Origin: Paludibacterium sp.
GTDB lineage: Bacteria > Pseudomonadota > Gammaproteobacteria > Burkholderiales > Chromobacteriaceae
Length of the DNA stretch: 64,000 nucleotides
Direction: 5' to 3'
NCBI RefSeq assembly: GCF_019232825.1
Contig: NZ_JAFAND010000118.1
Location: 7,498 to 71,497 of the forward strand
Each line of letters opens with the position of its first letter. The first letter of the stretch is position 1. This document shows positions 53,244-63,051 of this stretch, one piece after another. Position numbers and translations under genes: made by a program. The notes under the pieces are model-generated. The model saw only the letters and a program-made list of their open reading frames with translations, was not told where the DNA came from and ran no database searches.

Positions 53244-54965
53244 CTATTTCAGCGGCGAGTTTTTGCGCTCGCGGCCGTAGCGTTCGATTTCCTTATAGGG
53301 CACCGTGGTCGACTTGCGCTTCTTGACGTCCACCAGCGTCACGCGGTCGGTGCACGAATAGCACGGGTCGATGCTGGCGACGATCAACGGCGCGTCCGAC
53401 ACGGTGTTGCCGCGCAGCATGTAGCGCAGCGGCGGCCAGTTGGCGTAGGTCGGCGCGCGGCAACGCCAGCGGTACAGCTTCTGGTTGTCGCCGGTCATCG
53501 CCCAATGGATGTCCTCGCCGCGCGGCGCCTCGGCGAAGCCGAGCGCGAAGCGGTGCGGCTGATAATGGAAGCCCTCCAGCAGCACCGGCCCCGCCGGCAG
53601 GTTGTCGAGCGCGTGTTCGATGATCGCCAGCGAGTCGAAGAACTCGCGCGCGCGCACCAGCACGCGGCCGAGCACGTCGCAGCTGTCCTCGGTATGCACA
53701 TCGAACGGCAGGCTGCCGTAGCCGGCATACGCGTGCAGATCGCGCACGTCGCGCTTGAAGCCGCTCGCGCGCACCAGCGGCCCGACCGGGCTATAGTCGC
53801 GCGCCACCTGCTTGGACAGCACGCCGACGCCGGCGGTACGCTCGCGCAGGTTGGGCGTCGACAACAGCATGTCGATCAATTGCGTGGTTTCGGCGCGCAG
53901 CTCCGCCACCAGCTTCAGCGTGCGCGTGCGTTCGTCCTTCATGATGTCGCGCCGCACGCCGCCGATCAGGTTCATGCCGTAGGTCTTGCGCGCGCCGGTC
54001 AACAATTCGGCCATGGTCATGGCCTTCTCGCGCACACGGAAGAATTGCATGAAACCGGTGTCGAAGCCGACAAAGTGGCTGGCAAGCCCCAGGTTCAACA
54101 AATGGCTATGCAGCCGCTCCACTTCCAGGAACACGCTGCGAATCGCCTGCGCCCGAGCCGGCACGGCGAGACCCAGTGCGTTCTCCACCGCCGAGCTGTA
54201 GGCCACGCTATGGGTAAAGCCGCAAATGCCGCACACGCGATCGGACAGGAAGGTCACCTCGTCGTAGCCCATGCGCGTCTCGGCCAGCTTTTCCATGCCG
54301 CGATGCACGTAGAACATGCGATAGTCGGCGTCGACGATGTCCTCGCCGTCGACGAACAGGCGGAAGTGCCCCGGCTCGTCCGAGGTGATGTGCAGCGGAC
54401 CGAGCGGCACGTCGCGCGTGCTGCCCGAGGCTTCATTGACGAAGGTATAGGTTTCGTCGTCGGTGGTGGGCGCCGGGCGCTGGTTATAGGCCATGGCGTC
54501 CTTGCGCAGCGGATGCAGGTCTTCCGGCCAATCGTCCGGCAGCACCAGACGGCGCTCGTCCGGCAGACCGACCGGCACCAGGCCGTACATGTCGCGGATC
54601 TCGCGCTCGCCCCATACCGCCGCCGGCACGCGCGGCGTTACCGACGGGAACTCGGGCCGGTGTTCCTCCACCAGCGCGCGCACCACGACCCAGCTCTTGA
54701 CCAGGCCTTCCATCGACAGCACGTAGTACACGGCGAAATGGCCGTTGAGCGGGCGCTCGTCATTGCCAAACAGCACCGATAACCAGCCGCCTTGTTGGTA
54801 ATACAGCCATTCGACCACATCCGGCAGGCTGCCGAGCTTGACGGTCACCGTCACCTGATCGGCGGTTTGCCATTCAGTCTCCAGGATCGCCGCGCCGAAG
54901 CGTTCGCGCAGCCCATCCACATAGTTCTGGCCCACTTTGGTTTGTTCAGAAACGGACATTTGCAC
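53244..54965 (-). CDS. hyfG: Hydrogenase-4 [NiFe] large subunit (NuoC-NuoD fusion type)
   Basis: 573 aa. N-terminal NuoC-like part, [11 protein letters not shown] Ni-binding motif, C-terminal DPCYSCTDR followed by a ~32-aa extension of the kind removed by HycI. Confidence 0.93.
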   Translation of the reverse strand: MQMSVSEQTKVGQNYVDGLRERFGAAILETEWQTADQVTVTVKLGSLPDVVEWLYYQQGGWLSVLFGNDERPLNGHFAVYYVLSMEGLVKSWVVVRALVEEHRPEFPSVTPRVPAAVWGEREIRDMYGLVPVGLPDERRLVLPDDWPEDLHPLRKDAMAYNQRPAPTTDDETYTFVNEASGSTRDVPLGPLHITSDEPGHFRLFVDGEDIVDADYRMFYVHRGMEKLAETRMGYDEVTFLSDRVCGICGFTHSVAYSSAVENALGLAVPARAQAIRSVFLEVERLHSHLLNLGLASHFVGFDTGFMQFFRVREKAMTMAELLTGARKTYGMNLIGGVRRDIMKDERTRTLKLVAELRAETTQLIDMLLSTPNLRERTAGVGVLSKQVARDYSPVGPLVRASGFKRDVRDLHAYAGYGSLPFDVHTEDSCDVLGRVLVRAREFFDSLAIIEHALDNLPAGPVLLEGFHYQPHRFALGFAEAPRGEDIHWAMTGDNQKLYRWRCRAPTYANWPPLRYMLRGNTVSDAPLIVASIDPCYSCTDRVTLVDVKKRKSTTVPYKEIERYGRERKNSPLK

Positions 54966-54980
54966 ACTCTCCTCGCGGGC

Positions 54981-56498
54981 TCAATGAACCGTGGCGGACG
55001 GCGCCACCACGTTTTGCACCACCGCGGTCGCGGCATGCAACAAATCGGTTACCGGGCGCGGCGCGGCCACGCCCATGATCAGCATCAGCGCCAGCAGCAC
55101 CGCCATCGGCGCGAGCGTGAGCCAGCCGGCCTCACCCGGCTCGACCTGATCCGGCGCCGGTCCGAACAGGCTACCCGCCACCATGCGCACGAGCCCCGCC
55201 AGCACGACGGTCAACAACAGCAGACACAGCAGCATCAGCCAGATCTGGCCGGCCTTGATGCCGGCGGTCACCAGCAGAAATTCGCTGAAGAACACGTTGA
55301 ACGGCGGGATGCCGCCCAGAGCCAGCGCGCCGGCGCCAAACAGCATGGCCGTCAGCGGCGCGCTCTTGAGCAGCCCCTTGATCGAACCCAGGTCCGGCGT
55401 GCCGTACTTGAGCAGCACGTTGCCCGAGCCGCAGAACAACAGCGCCTTGGCCAGACTGTGGTTAATGGTATGCAAGAGCGCGGCGAACACGCCCAACGGC
55501 CCGCCCAGCCCCAGACCCAACGCGATCAGACCCATGTTTTCCACGCTCGAGTATGCCAAGAGTCGTTTCATGTGACCTTGAGATACGATAAAGAACGCGG
55601 CCACCGCCAGCGACATCAGACCGAACGCCATGAGCAGCATCTGCGGGAAAGCGGGCCCGATCGATTGCGACACCAACAGATAGAAGCGGATGATCACCAA
55701 CAGCGCGCAATTGAGCAGCACCGCCGACAGCAGCGCACTGACCGGGCTTGGCGCCTCGGAGTGCGCATCCGGCAGCCAGGCGTGCATCGGGAACAAGCCG
55801 GTCTTGGTGCCGAAGCCGATGATCACGAACACGAACGCCAACCGCATCAACGTCGGGTCGAAGGCGCGCGCGTGCCCCATCAGCACGGTCCAGAACACCG
55901 CGCCGCCTTGCGCGCCCATGACGCTCGCGGCATTGGAATACACCAGCACCACGCCGTAGAGGCCGAACGCCACGCCGACGGTGCAGATGATGATGTATTT
56001 CCAGGCCGCTTCAAGCGACGAACGCTGATGATAGAAGCCGACCAGGAACGCCGAGCCCAGCGTGGTGGCCTCGATGGCCACCCACATCATGATGATGTTG
56101 TTGGCCGTCACCGCCAGCAGCATGGTGAACAGGAACAGGTTGAAGATGCCGAAATACAGGCATAGCTGCCCGACGTCGATCTCCCCTTCTTCCAGCTCAT
56201 GCCCCATATAGCCGATCGAATAAAAACCGGTCAGGAAGCCGACGAGCCCCAGAAGGCCGAGAAAGATCGCGCCCAGCGCGTCGACGTGCAGCCAGCCGGA
56301 CAAGGCCGTCGCCGGGCCGCCGATAAGCACGGCGCCCGCCACCGACAACGACAGCACCATCAACAGCGCCGTGCCTGCCAGGTGCAGGACCGTGGCCACG
56401 GCGCGCGCGGCGCCCCCTAGGGTCCGCGCGGCGAAACAGAGCAGCGACGTCGCCAGCGGCACCAGCAATAAAATGGAAAGCCAGGAGTTTGCGGTCAT
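54981..56498 (-). CDS. hyfF: Hydrogenase-4 membrane subunit F (NuoN/M antiporter-like)
   Basis: 505 aa, about 14 TM segments, proton-pumping antiporter-like motifs (..[20 protein letters not shown]..). Confidence 0.88.
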   Translation of the reverse strand: MTANSWLSILLLVPLATSLLCFAARTLGGAARAVATVLHLAGTALLMVLSLSVAGAVLIGGPATALSGWLHVDALGAIFLGLLGLVGFLTGFYSIGYMGHELEEGEIDVGQLCLYFGIFNLFLFTMLLAVTANNIIMMWVAIEATTLGSAFLVGFYHQRSSLEAAWKYIIICTVGVAFGLYGVVLVYSNAASVMGAQGGAVFWTVLMGHARAFDPTLMRLAFVFVIIGFGTKTGLFPMHAWLPDAHSEAPSPVSALLSAVLLNCALLVIIRFYLLVSQSIGPAFPQMLLMAFGLMSLAVAAFFIVSQGHMKRLLAYSSVENMGLIALGLGLGGPLGVFAALLHTINHSLAKALLFCGSGNVLLKYGTPDLGSIKGLLKSAPLTAMLFGAGALALGGIPPFNVFFSEFLLVTAGIKAGQIWLMLLCLLLLTVVLAGLVRMVAGSLFGPAPDQVEPGEAGWLTLAPMAVLLALMLIMGVAAPRPVTDLLHAATAVVQNVVAPSATVH

Positions 56499-56504
56499 TT
56501 TTAA

Positions 56505-57155
56505 TCAGCCCTTCAACGCGGTCAGTTGCTTCACATCCAGGGTATTGAGCGTGCGCTGGATCCGGCGCGCCAGAATCGCCATGATCAGCACCGCGAATAC
56601 CGCGTCGGTGGCAATACCGACTTCCACAAGCTCCGGCGCCTTGCTGGCCATCAACGCCAACGTCAGATGCGCGCCGTTCTCCATCAGGCAGTAACCGAAG
56701 ATCTGCTTGAGGATGTTGCGCTGGGTGACGATGCACATCAGTCCCAGCATGAAGTGGCCGAGCGAGACCGCCAGCGCCGGTTTCAGATCGGCCACCACCG
56801 CGAGCTTCACCGACGACACGGCAAACCAGGACAGCATCACGATCAGCGCCGCCAAGAGCATCATCCAGCCGGTACCGAGCACGCCCGGCAGCTGTTCGCG
56901 GTCGGCCAGCCGGCCAAGCGTGCGCACCATGATCAACGGCACCAGCACCACCTTGGTGACGAAGGCCGACAGCGACCACAAATACAGTTCGCCCGAACCC
57001 TGCGTGGCAGCCAGCGCCAGGAAAACCCCTACCAGCACCAACGATTGCAGGGCATACCAGCGCGCCGCCGACAACACGCTTTGCGTGCCGATCACCAGCA
57101 TCGAGGTCACGATCAATAGCCCGGCCAGGTTATTGACGATCAACATTCCATCCAT
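56505..57155 (-). CDS. hyfE: Hydrogenase-4 membrane subunit E
   Basis: 216 aa, the same length as E. coli HyfE as I recall it. 6-7 TM segments; lies between the hyfD and hyfF homologs. Confidence 0.85.
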   Translation of the reverse strand: MDGMLIVNNLAGLLIVTSMLVIGTQSVLSAARWYALQSLVLVGVFLALAATQGSGELYLWSLSAFVTKVVLVPLIMVRTLGRLADREQLPGVLGTGWMMLLAALIVMLSWFAVSSVKLAVVADLKPALAVSLGHFMLGLMCIVTQRNILKQIFGYCLMENGAHLTLALMASKAPELVEVGIATDAVFAVLIMAILARRIQRTLNTLDVKQLTALKG

Positions 57156-57165
57156 GATTTCCTCC

Positions 57166-58605
57166 TCAAGCCAGCCAGGACGCAGCGATGAAACTGGAGG
57201 CCAGGCACATCGTCAGCAGCACGACGAACACCACGCGCATCGCCCATGGCACCGGCGTGGCGGAAGCGACCGCCTCGGACGGTTCGCCCGGCACCACCTT
57301 GCCGAACCAGGACATCAGCCAGCCGAAACTGCACACCGATTCGATCAGCGCCAGGAGCACCAGCGGCAATACCAGCCAGTGCGCGCGCGACAGTTCGAAG
57401 CCCGCCGCCAAAATAGCGAATTTGCTGAAAAAGCCGTTGAACGGCGGCACGCCGGAAATCGACAGCGCCGCCACGCCGAAGCACAGCCCCAATAGCGGCG
57501 ACTTCTTCAATACACCGCGCAAATTGGGCAGCACGCGGGTGCCGCAGGTATACGACAACGCCCCGGCCACCAGGAAGAACAGGCTTTTGGCGAAGGCGTG
57601 GTTGAAGATGTGCGCCACCGCGCCGTCGAAAGCCAGTTTGGAGCCGAACACCGACAGCGACAGACCGAGGAAGATGTACGACAGCTGGGCGATGGTCGAG
57701 TACGCCAACAATCGCTTCATATCCTTCTGCGGCAGATACATGGCAAAACCGTAGAGCATGGTCGCGAGCGCCATCACCGCGCCGATCCAGCCGATGACTT
57801 CAGGCACCGGGCCGGCCGAGTAGAGCGCGCGGGCAAAGATATAGACGCCGACCTTGACCATCGAGGCGGCGTGCAAATAGGCGCTGACCGGCGTCGGCGC
57901 CTCCATGGCGTCCGGCAGCCAAACGTGCAGCGGCAACTGCGCCGATTTGCCCCAAGCGGCCAGCATGATGCCGAGAAACACCACGATCTTGGCTTGCGGC
58001 GCCAGCGCGGCAATGCCGGTGAGCGCGAACGAGCCGGTTTGGGCGAAAAGCCAGCCGGCGGCCACGTACAGGCCGAGGGCCGCCACGTGGGTCACCAACA
58101 ACGCCTTGAGTGCCGACTTGAGCGCCTTGGGCTTCTGGTAATAGCCGATCAGCCCCCAGGAGCAAGCGCCGGTGATCTCGAAGAACACCAACTGCCCCAA
58201 CAGCGTCGAAGACAGCACCAGACCCGCCATGGCGCCGATGAACACCAGCAGGTACGCGTAATAGCGCGGCCGGGCGACATGCGGGTGCTCGCGGTTGCCT
58301 TCGGACATGTAGGCGGTCGAATACAGCACCACCAGGAAACCCAGCACCACCACGGCGATCGCCACCAGGGTGCTCAGCCGGTCGACGGTGATGCCGACGA
58401 GCGGCATGCCAGCCAGCGAGAACACGTCGACGGTCAACGGCACCTTGCCGCCGGCGGCGAAAGCCTGCGCCAACGCCAGCGTGCCCACAGAGGCCATCAG
58501 CGCGACCAAGGCCGCCAGCCACTTGCCGGTGCGTTCAGGCAGGCACAGCACCAGCGCCGCGCCAATGAACGGCATCAAAATGGTCGCGAGAGCGATGTTT
58601 TCCAT
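57166..58605 (-). CDS. hyfD: Hydrogenase-4 membrane subunit D (NuoM-like)
   Basis: 479 aa, antiporter-like (..HVWLPDAMEAPTPVSAYLHAASMVK..). Confidence 0.88.
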   Translation of the reverse strand: MENIALATILMPFIGAALVLCLPERTGKWLAALVALMASVGTLALAQAFAAGGKVPLTVDVFSLAGMPLVGITVDRLSTLVAIAVVVLGFLVVLYSTAYMSEGNREHPHVARPRYYAYLLVFIGAMAGLVLSSTLLGQLVFFEITGACSWGLIGYYQKPKALKSALKALLVTHVAALGLYVAAGWLFAQTGSFALTGIAALAPQAKIVVFLGIMLAAWGKSAQLPLHVWLPDAMEAPTPVSAYLHAASMVKVGVYIFARALYSAGPVPEVIGWIGAVMALATMLYGFAMYLPQKDMKRLLAYSTIAQLSYIFLGLSLSVFGSKLAFDGAVAHIFNHAFAKSLFFLVAGALSYTCGTRVLPNLRGVLKKSPLLGLCFGVAALSISGVPPFNGFFSKFAILAAGFELSRAHWLVLPLVLLALIESVCSFGWLMSWFGKVVPGEPSEAVASATPVPWAMRVVFVVLLTMCLASSFIAASWLA

Positions 58606-58614
58606 GTTTGCTCC

Positions 58615-59553
58615 TCAGAGACCGGTGAGATAGAAGACGAAGGACAAGGCGGCAAGCCCGAAGCCGACCCAGGTAACGCGCGAGGTCAACAAGAAGCGTC
58701 CGCGCGCCATGCTGTTTTCGATGAGGCCCGCGAGCGTGAACACCGCCAGCAGCTTCAAGGGCAGCGCGACGGCAGCCAGCGCGAGCGAAGCCGGCGCGAG
58801 CGAGGCGGCCACGCCGAAGGGCAGAAACACCCCAAGCAGGAACTGCGCCATCACCACCTTCTTCAAGCCCAAGCCCAGCTTCATCAGCGCCAGCGACGGC
58901 CCGGAGTACTCGGTCAACGGGCCTTCCTGCAGCTCTTGCTCGGCTTCGGCCATATCGAACGGCAGCTTGCCCATCTCGATGAACACCGTGAAGGCGAAAG
59001 CCAGCATCGCCAGGCCAATGGCAGCCGGCGCCTGCAGATAGTTGCCGCCGATGCCGGCGCCGATCGCGCCAAGATTGGTGGTGCCCTCGATCAGCGCCAC
59101 CACCAGGAGCGACAGGATCATGGTCGGTTCGACCAGGATGCCGAGCGTCAGCTCGCGGCCGGCGCCCAGGCCGCCAAAGGCGCTGCCGGAATCGATGCCG
59201 GAGAGCGAAAAGAAGAAACGCACCAGCGCGAACAAATAGGCAAAGGTGATCAAGTCGGCCAAGAACGGCAACGGCGACGTACGGGTAAACGCCGGCAAGG
59301 CCATGGCCAAGAGGAACATCGTCCCTAGAATCACGTACGGCGCGGCGCGGAACACGCCGCCGGAAACCGCCGGCGCCACGTCCTGGCGCTTGAACAGCTT
59401 CGCCAGGTCGCGGTAGTCCTGCAGCACGCCGGGACCGCGGCGCGAGTGCATGCGCGCGCGGATCATGCGCGACACGCCGGTCATCAACGGTGCCAGCAGC
59501 AGCAGGATCACCCCCTGCGCGACGGCCAGCACGATCATAGTCAGGTTCGGCAT
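58615..59553 (-). CDS. hyfC: Hydrogenase-4 membrane subunit C (NuoH-like)
   Basis: 312 aa from MPNLTMIVLAVAQG.. (TAGGAG 7 nt upstream). NuoH-like EAEQELQEG/..PFDMAEAE.. motif. The track start at 59577 overlaps hyfB. Confidence 0.9.
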   Translation of the reverse strand: MPNLTMIVLAVAQGVILLLLAPLMTGVSRMIRARMHSRRGPGVLQDYRDLAKLFKRQDVAPAVSGGVFRAAPYVILGTMFLLAMALPAFTRTSPLPFLADLITFAYLFALVRFFFSLSGIDSGSAFGGLGAGRELTLGILVEPTMILSLLVVALIEGTTNLGAIGAGIGGNYLQAPAAIGLAMLAFAFTVFIEMGKLPFDMAEAEQELQEGPLTEYSGPSLALMKLGLGLKKVVMAQFLLGVFLPFGVAASLAPASLALAAVALPLKLLAVFTLAGLIENSMARGRFLLTSRVTWVGFGLAALSFVFYLTGL

Positions 59554-59563
59554 CACAACACTC

Positions 59564-61588
59564 CTATCGAACCGCAATCAGCAGCAGCGTGACGAGCGCC
59601 ACGACCACATACAGGCAATAGACACGGAAGTCGCCGCGCTGCAGCACCGCAATGCGGCGGGCAATCCGCTGCACGCCGGCAACGATCGGGGCGATCAGGC
59701 GCTCGTCCCATAACGGCTCGACGCGGGCGGCGCCGGCCACGGTGGCACCCAGGCCGCGACGGAAACCAGCGGCCGGGCTCAACGTGTCGCGCAAGCGGTA
59801 GAGCGCGGCGAACATGAAACGCACCGGCTGGGCAAAGCCCTGCGGCGAAACGGTCATGGTCTTTTCGGTCACATAGCCGCATGCCCAGGCATCCCCGGCA
59901 TGCCGGCGCGGCACGCCGCCCCCGCGAACCACGGCCATGAAGAGCAGCGGCACGATCGGCGCGGCCACGAGCAGCAACGCCAGCATCGGCGTAGACACGC
60001 TGGCCGGCGTGTTGAACAGTCCGGAGTGCAGCGTCAGGCCCTGCGCCACCGGCACCGCGGCGCCGCCGGTCAACGACGTGGCCACACGGGCGAACAGTGG
60101 GGCGAGCCACGGCGCGCCGATGCCGGACAACGCACACAGCACGGCGAGCAGCAACATGGCGAGCACCATCGCGAACGGCGCCTCCTCGGCATGCTCGGCA
60201 TGCGCGCTCTGCGGCTGGCCGCTAAAAGTCATGCCCCAGGCCTTGACGAAGCACAACGCCGCCAAAGCGCCGGTCAACGCCAGCATGACCATCGCCGCGG
60301 GTCCGGCCAGGCGCATCATGAAATCGCCGTCGTGACCCATGGCGAACAGCGCTTGATAGCTGTACCACTCGCTGACGAAACCGTTGAACGGCGGCAGCGC
60401 GCAAATCGCCATCGCGCCGACCAGGAAGGCCAGCGCAGTCTGCGGCATGCGGCGCGCGAGGCCGCCCAACAGCGCCATATCGCGGGTATGCGCGCGGAAC
60501 AGGATCGCGCCGGCGCCGAGGAACATCAGTCCCTTGAACAGCGCGTGATTGAACAGGTGGTAAAACGCCGCCATCAGCGCCAACGCCGCCAGCGCCACAT
60601 GGCCGGTGGCGAGCCCGATCATGCCGGCGCCCACGCCCATCAGAATGATGCCGACGTTCTCGACCGTCGAATAAGCCAACAGCCGTTTGATGTCTTGTTC
60701 GGCCAGCGCGTAGAGCACGCCCAACACCGCCGACACCGCGCCGACGGCCAGCACCAGAAGCCCCCACCACGCGGCTTGTGCGCCCAGGAGATCGATACCG
60801 ACCTTGACGATACCGAACACGCCGATCTTGACCATCACGCCGGACATCATGGCCGAGCCATGCGACGGCGCCGCCGGGTGGGCGCGCGGCAGCCAGCTGT
60901 GCAGCGGCACCATGCCGGCCTTGGCGCCGAAGCCGAGGAACGCCAGCACGAATACCAGCGACGCGACGGCAGGCGACAACTTGAGACCTCGGAACGAGGC
61001 GAAATCCAGGCTGCCGCTATGACTGTAAAGGATGAAGAAGGCGATCATGATCAGCACCGAACCGGCGTGCGCGATCAAGAAATACAGCAGGCCGGCGCCG
61101 ACCGACTCCTCGTCTTGATCGAAGATCACCAGGAAGTACGACGCGAGCGACATGGCCTCGAAAAACACCAGAAACCAGAAGGCATTGTCCACCACCACCA
61201 ATGCCAGCATGGCGGCGATGAAGGTGTTCATAAAGAGCCCCATTGCCCAGGCCCCGCGCCCGGCGTATTCACGCACGTACGATTGGGCATACAACGAGGT
61301 CAACAGCGCCAACAGCGAAATCACGCCGACCATCAGCGCGGCCAGCATGTCGAGCCGCACGGTGAAGCGGGCGAAGGCGAACGGACCGTCGAAGGCCATC
61401 GCCGCGCCCTGCCCGGTCAGCAGCACCGGCAGCGCCGCGGCCAGGCCGGCCGCGCCGCCAAGCACACCCAATAGCGATGACAGATTAATCGCCAGCCGCT
61501 CGCAGCGGGCCGAAACGATCGACAAGCCGGCGCCGGCCAGAAACAGCAGCACCGACAACAACAGGTAACCCAGTGGCGTCAGGCTCAT
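59564..61588 (-). CDS. hyfB: Hydrogenase-4 membrane subunit B (NuoL-like)
   Basis: 674 aa, about 16 TM segments (..HSWLPRAHPAAPSHGSAMMSGVMVK..). Overlaps the hyfA stop by 4 nt. Confidence 0.9.
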   Translation of the reverse strand: MSLTPLGYLLLSVLLFLAGAGLSIVSARCERLAINLSSLLGVLGGAAGLAAALPVLLTGQGAAMAFDGPFAFARFTVRLDMLAALMVGVISLLALLTSLYAQSYVREYAGRGAWAMGLFMNTFIAAMLALVVVDNAFWFLVFFEAMSLASYFLVIFDQDEESVGAGLLYFLIAHAGSVLIMIAFFILYSHSGSLDFASFRGLKLSPAVASLVFVLAFLGFGAKAGMVPLHSWLPRAHPAAPSHGSAMMSGVMVKIGVFGIVKVGIDLLGAQAAWWGLLVLAVGAVSAVLGVLYALAEQDIKRLLAYSTVENVGIILMGVGAGMIGLATGHVALAALALMAAFYHLFNHALFKGLMFLGAGAILFRAHTRDMALLGGLARRMPQTALAFLVGAMAICALPPFNGFVSEWYSYQALFAMGHDGDFMMRLAGPAAMVMLALTGALAALCFVKAWGMTFSGQPQSAHAEHAEEAPFAMVLAMLLLAVLCALSGIGAPWLAPLFARVATSLTGGAAVPVAQGLTLHSGLFNTPASVSTPMLALLLVAAPIVPLLFMAVVRGGGVPRRHAGDAWACGYVTEKTMTVSPQGFAQPVRFMFAALYRLRDTLSPAAGFRRGLGATVAGAARVEPLWDERLIAPIVAGVQRIARRIAVLQRGDFRVYCLYVVVALVTLLLIAVR

Positions 61589-62208
61589 TTTGGCTCCCGG
61601 AAAGATTGCAGCGATACGTCGAGGGGAAGCGCCTCGCTCGCACCCAAGCGCTTGACGCCGGCATCCGCGGCGAGCAAACGGCTATCGACGACCTTGAGCG
61701 CGCGCGTCGGACAGACACGCACACACTCGGCGCCGTTGGCGCTGAACGCGCATAGATCACACTTGACCGCCACCTGCTTGACGCCGGCGCGCCAGTCGAG
61801 CATCGGGTCCAGCGTGGCGGCACTGTCGCCCGCGGCATGGCTGGCGGCGCCGACTTGCGGCGCCTGGTAAAGATGGCTGACCGGCACCACCCCGGTCACC
61901 GGGGTGCCGCTTGGCGTAATGGCGCCGAACGGACAGGCGATGGCGCATAACTTGCAGCCGACGCACAGCGTCTCGTTGAGCACCACCGCATCGCCCTCAT
62001 GCGTAATGGCGTTGACCGGACAGACGCGCGCGCACGGCGCGTCCTCGCAATGACGGCACTGCACCGGCGCGGTCAATGTCCCGGTCCGCATTACGGTCAG
62101 ACGCGGATGCGCCTGCAAACCCTCGGCCTTGTGCACCATGGAACAGGCCGCCATGCAGGTATTGCACCCGATACAACGTGTAGGCTCCGCGAAGACGAAG
62201 CGGCTCAT
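61585..62208 (-). CDS. hyfA: Hydrogenase-4 4x[4Fe-4S] ferredoxin subunit
   Basis: 207 aa from MSRFVFAEPTRCIGCNTCMAAC, with further clusters (CRHCEDAPCARVCP, CVGCKLCAIACPFG, CDLC..). GAGGG lies upstream. Confidence 0.9.
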   Translation of the reverse strand: MSRFVFAEPTRCIGCNTCMAACSMVHKAEGLQAHPRLTVMRTGTLTAPVQCRHCEDAPCARVCPVNAITHEGDAVVLNETLCVGCKLCAIACPFGAITPSGTPVTGVVPVSHLYQAPQVGAASHAAGDSAATLDPMLDWRAGVKQVAVKCDLCAFSANGAECVRVCPTRALKVVDSRLLAADAGVKRLGASEALPLDVSLQSFREPK

Positions 62209-62245
62209 AACCAATCCCTCGAAAAAACCACGTCCAGTGGAGCAT

Positions 62246-62261
62246 TGCACATGCCGTGCCA
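62246..62261 (-). promoter_or_regulatory. Sigma-54 (-24/-12) promoter of the hyf operon
   Basis: The minus strand reads TGGCAC-GGCAT-GTGCA (consensus TGGCAC-N5-TTGCW), with GG and GC correctly spaced. The -12 element lies 38 nt upstream of the hyfA ATG, and a sigma-54 activator is encoded at the operon end. Confidence 0.6.
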
Positions 62262-62380
62262 GAAAACGTCGGCACGGAAAAACAATGGCCCGGAGAGGTT
62301 TTTTCCTTTTAGCGCCAAGGGATTGGCGCTGCGGCGCGAGACGGGATCCGTGGAGACGTGTGACGAGGCGCGGCGCATCG

Positions 62381-62437
62381 TCGACAGAAATGTCGAAACC
62401 GCCGCGCTGAAAATGACACTTCGACAGTCGATGACAC
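62381..62437. promoter_or_regulatory. Candidate enhancer (UAS) for the FhlA/HyfR-type activator
   Basis: Perfect palindrome TCGACA-gaaa-TGTCGA (62381-62396) and ATGACAC-TTCGACAGTCG-ATGACAC (62413-62437). TCGACAG recurs 40 bp apart, 120-190 bp upstream of the sigma-54 promoter. An A-tract and hairpin lie between them. Confidence 0.4.
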
Positions 62438-62505
62438 GGGACAAACGCGCCATTAGCCGCGATAATCGGGATCGCTCAGGACATGATCATGACAAGGATA
62501 CCGCC

Positions 62506-63036
62506 ATGAAACCCCATCTCTTCGCCGCGCTGCTGGCGACGACGGCGTTGCCCGCCTTCGCCGCCCCGCCGCTCGCGATCGAGCGATTCGAACCCGCCCG
62601 GTTTACCGGCACCTGGTATGAAATCGCCAAATACCCGGATTGGTCGCAGCGACATTGCGTATCGGAGACGTCGGCGCAATTCAGCCTGACCGAACAAAAT
62701 ACGCTGACCGTCGTACGCCGCTGCCGCACCGACGCCGGCGACATCGAGGAGAAACAAGGATTGGCGCGGCCGTTGGGCGGACCGGCATCGCCGCGCATGG
62801 AAGCCACCTTCGCCGCGCCCTGGCTGCAGTTGCTGCCGGCGGTATGGCACGATTATTGGATCGTCGATATCGACGCACACTATCAACTGGCCGCCGTCAG
62901 CGACCCGCAACGCAAAAGCCTGTGGCTGTTGTCGCGCACGCCGCACCCAGACGACTTCAGCTACCAAGCGCTCCTCGGCCGGCTCACCGCGCTGGGCTTC
63001 GACATCACCAAGCTGACGGCCACGGCGCAACCCTAA
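62506..63036 (+). CDS. blc: Bacterial lipocalin (Blc-like)
   Basis: 176 aa from MKPHLFAALLATTALPAFAA (signal peptide, no lipobox Cys). Has the lipocalin FTGTWYEIAKYP motif. The track start at 61999 is a long spurious extension antisense to hyfA. Confidence 0.85.
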   Translation: MKPHLFAALLATTALPAFAAPPLAIERFEPARFTGTWYEIAKYPDWSQRHCVSETSAQFSLTEQNTLTVVRRCRTDAGDIEEKQGLARPLGGPASPRMEATFAAPWLQLLPAVWHDYWIVDIDAHYQLAAVSDPQRKSLWLLSRTPHPDDFSYQALLGRLTALGFDITKLTATAQP

Positions 63037-63037
63037 G

Positions 63038-63051
63038 GGTCCCTAGGGACC
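63038..63051. repeat. Perfect 14-bp palindrome GGTCCCTAGGGACC between convergent genes
   Basis: Lies between the blc stop (63036) and the LysR stop (63052). Shares the TAGGGTC-type half with the REP-like family. Confidence 0.5.

Noticed and set aside
61999-62505. Long N-terminal extensions suggested by the track for blc (start 61999), mdcH (5865), the sensor kinase (21743), the patatin gene (49370), moaA (39390), narL (36368) and paralog 3 (40386).
   Set aside because: Each extension overlaps the preceding gene or a regulatory region and has junk-like composition. An internal ATG preceded by an SD gives the canonical family N-terminus or signal peptide.
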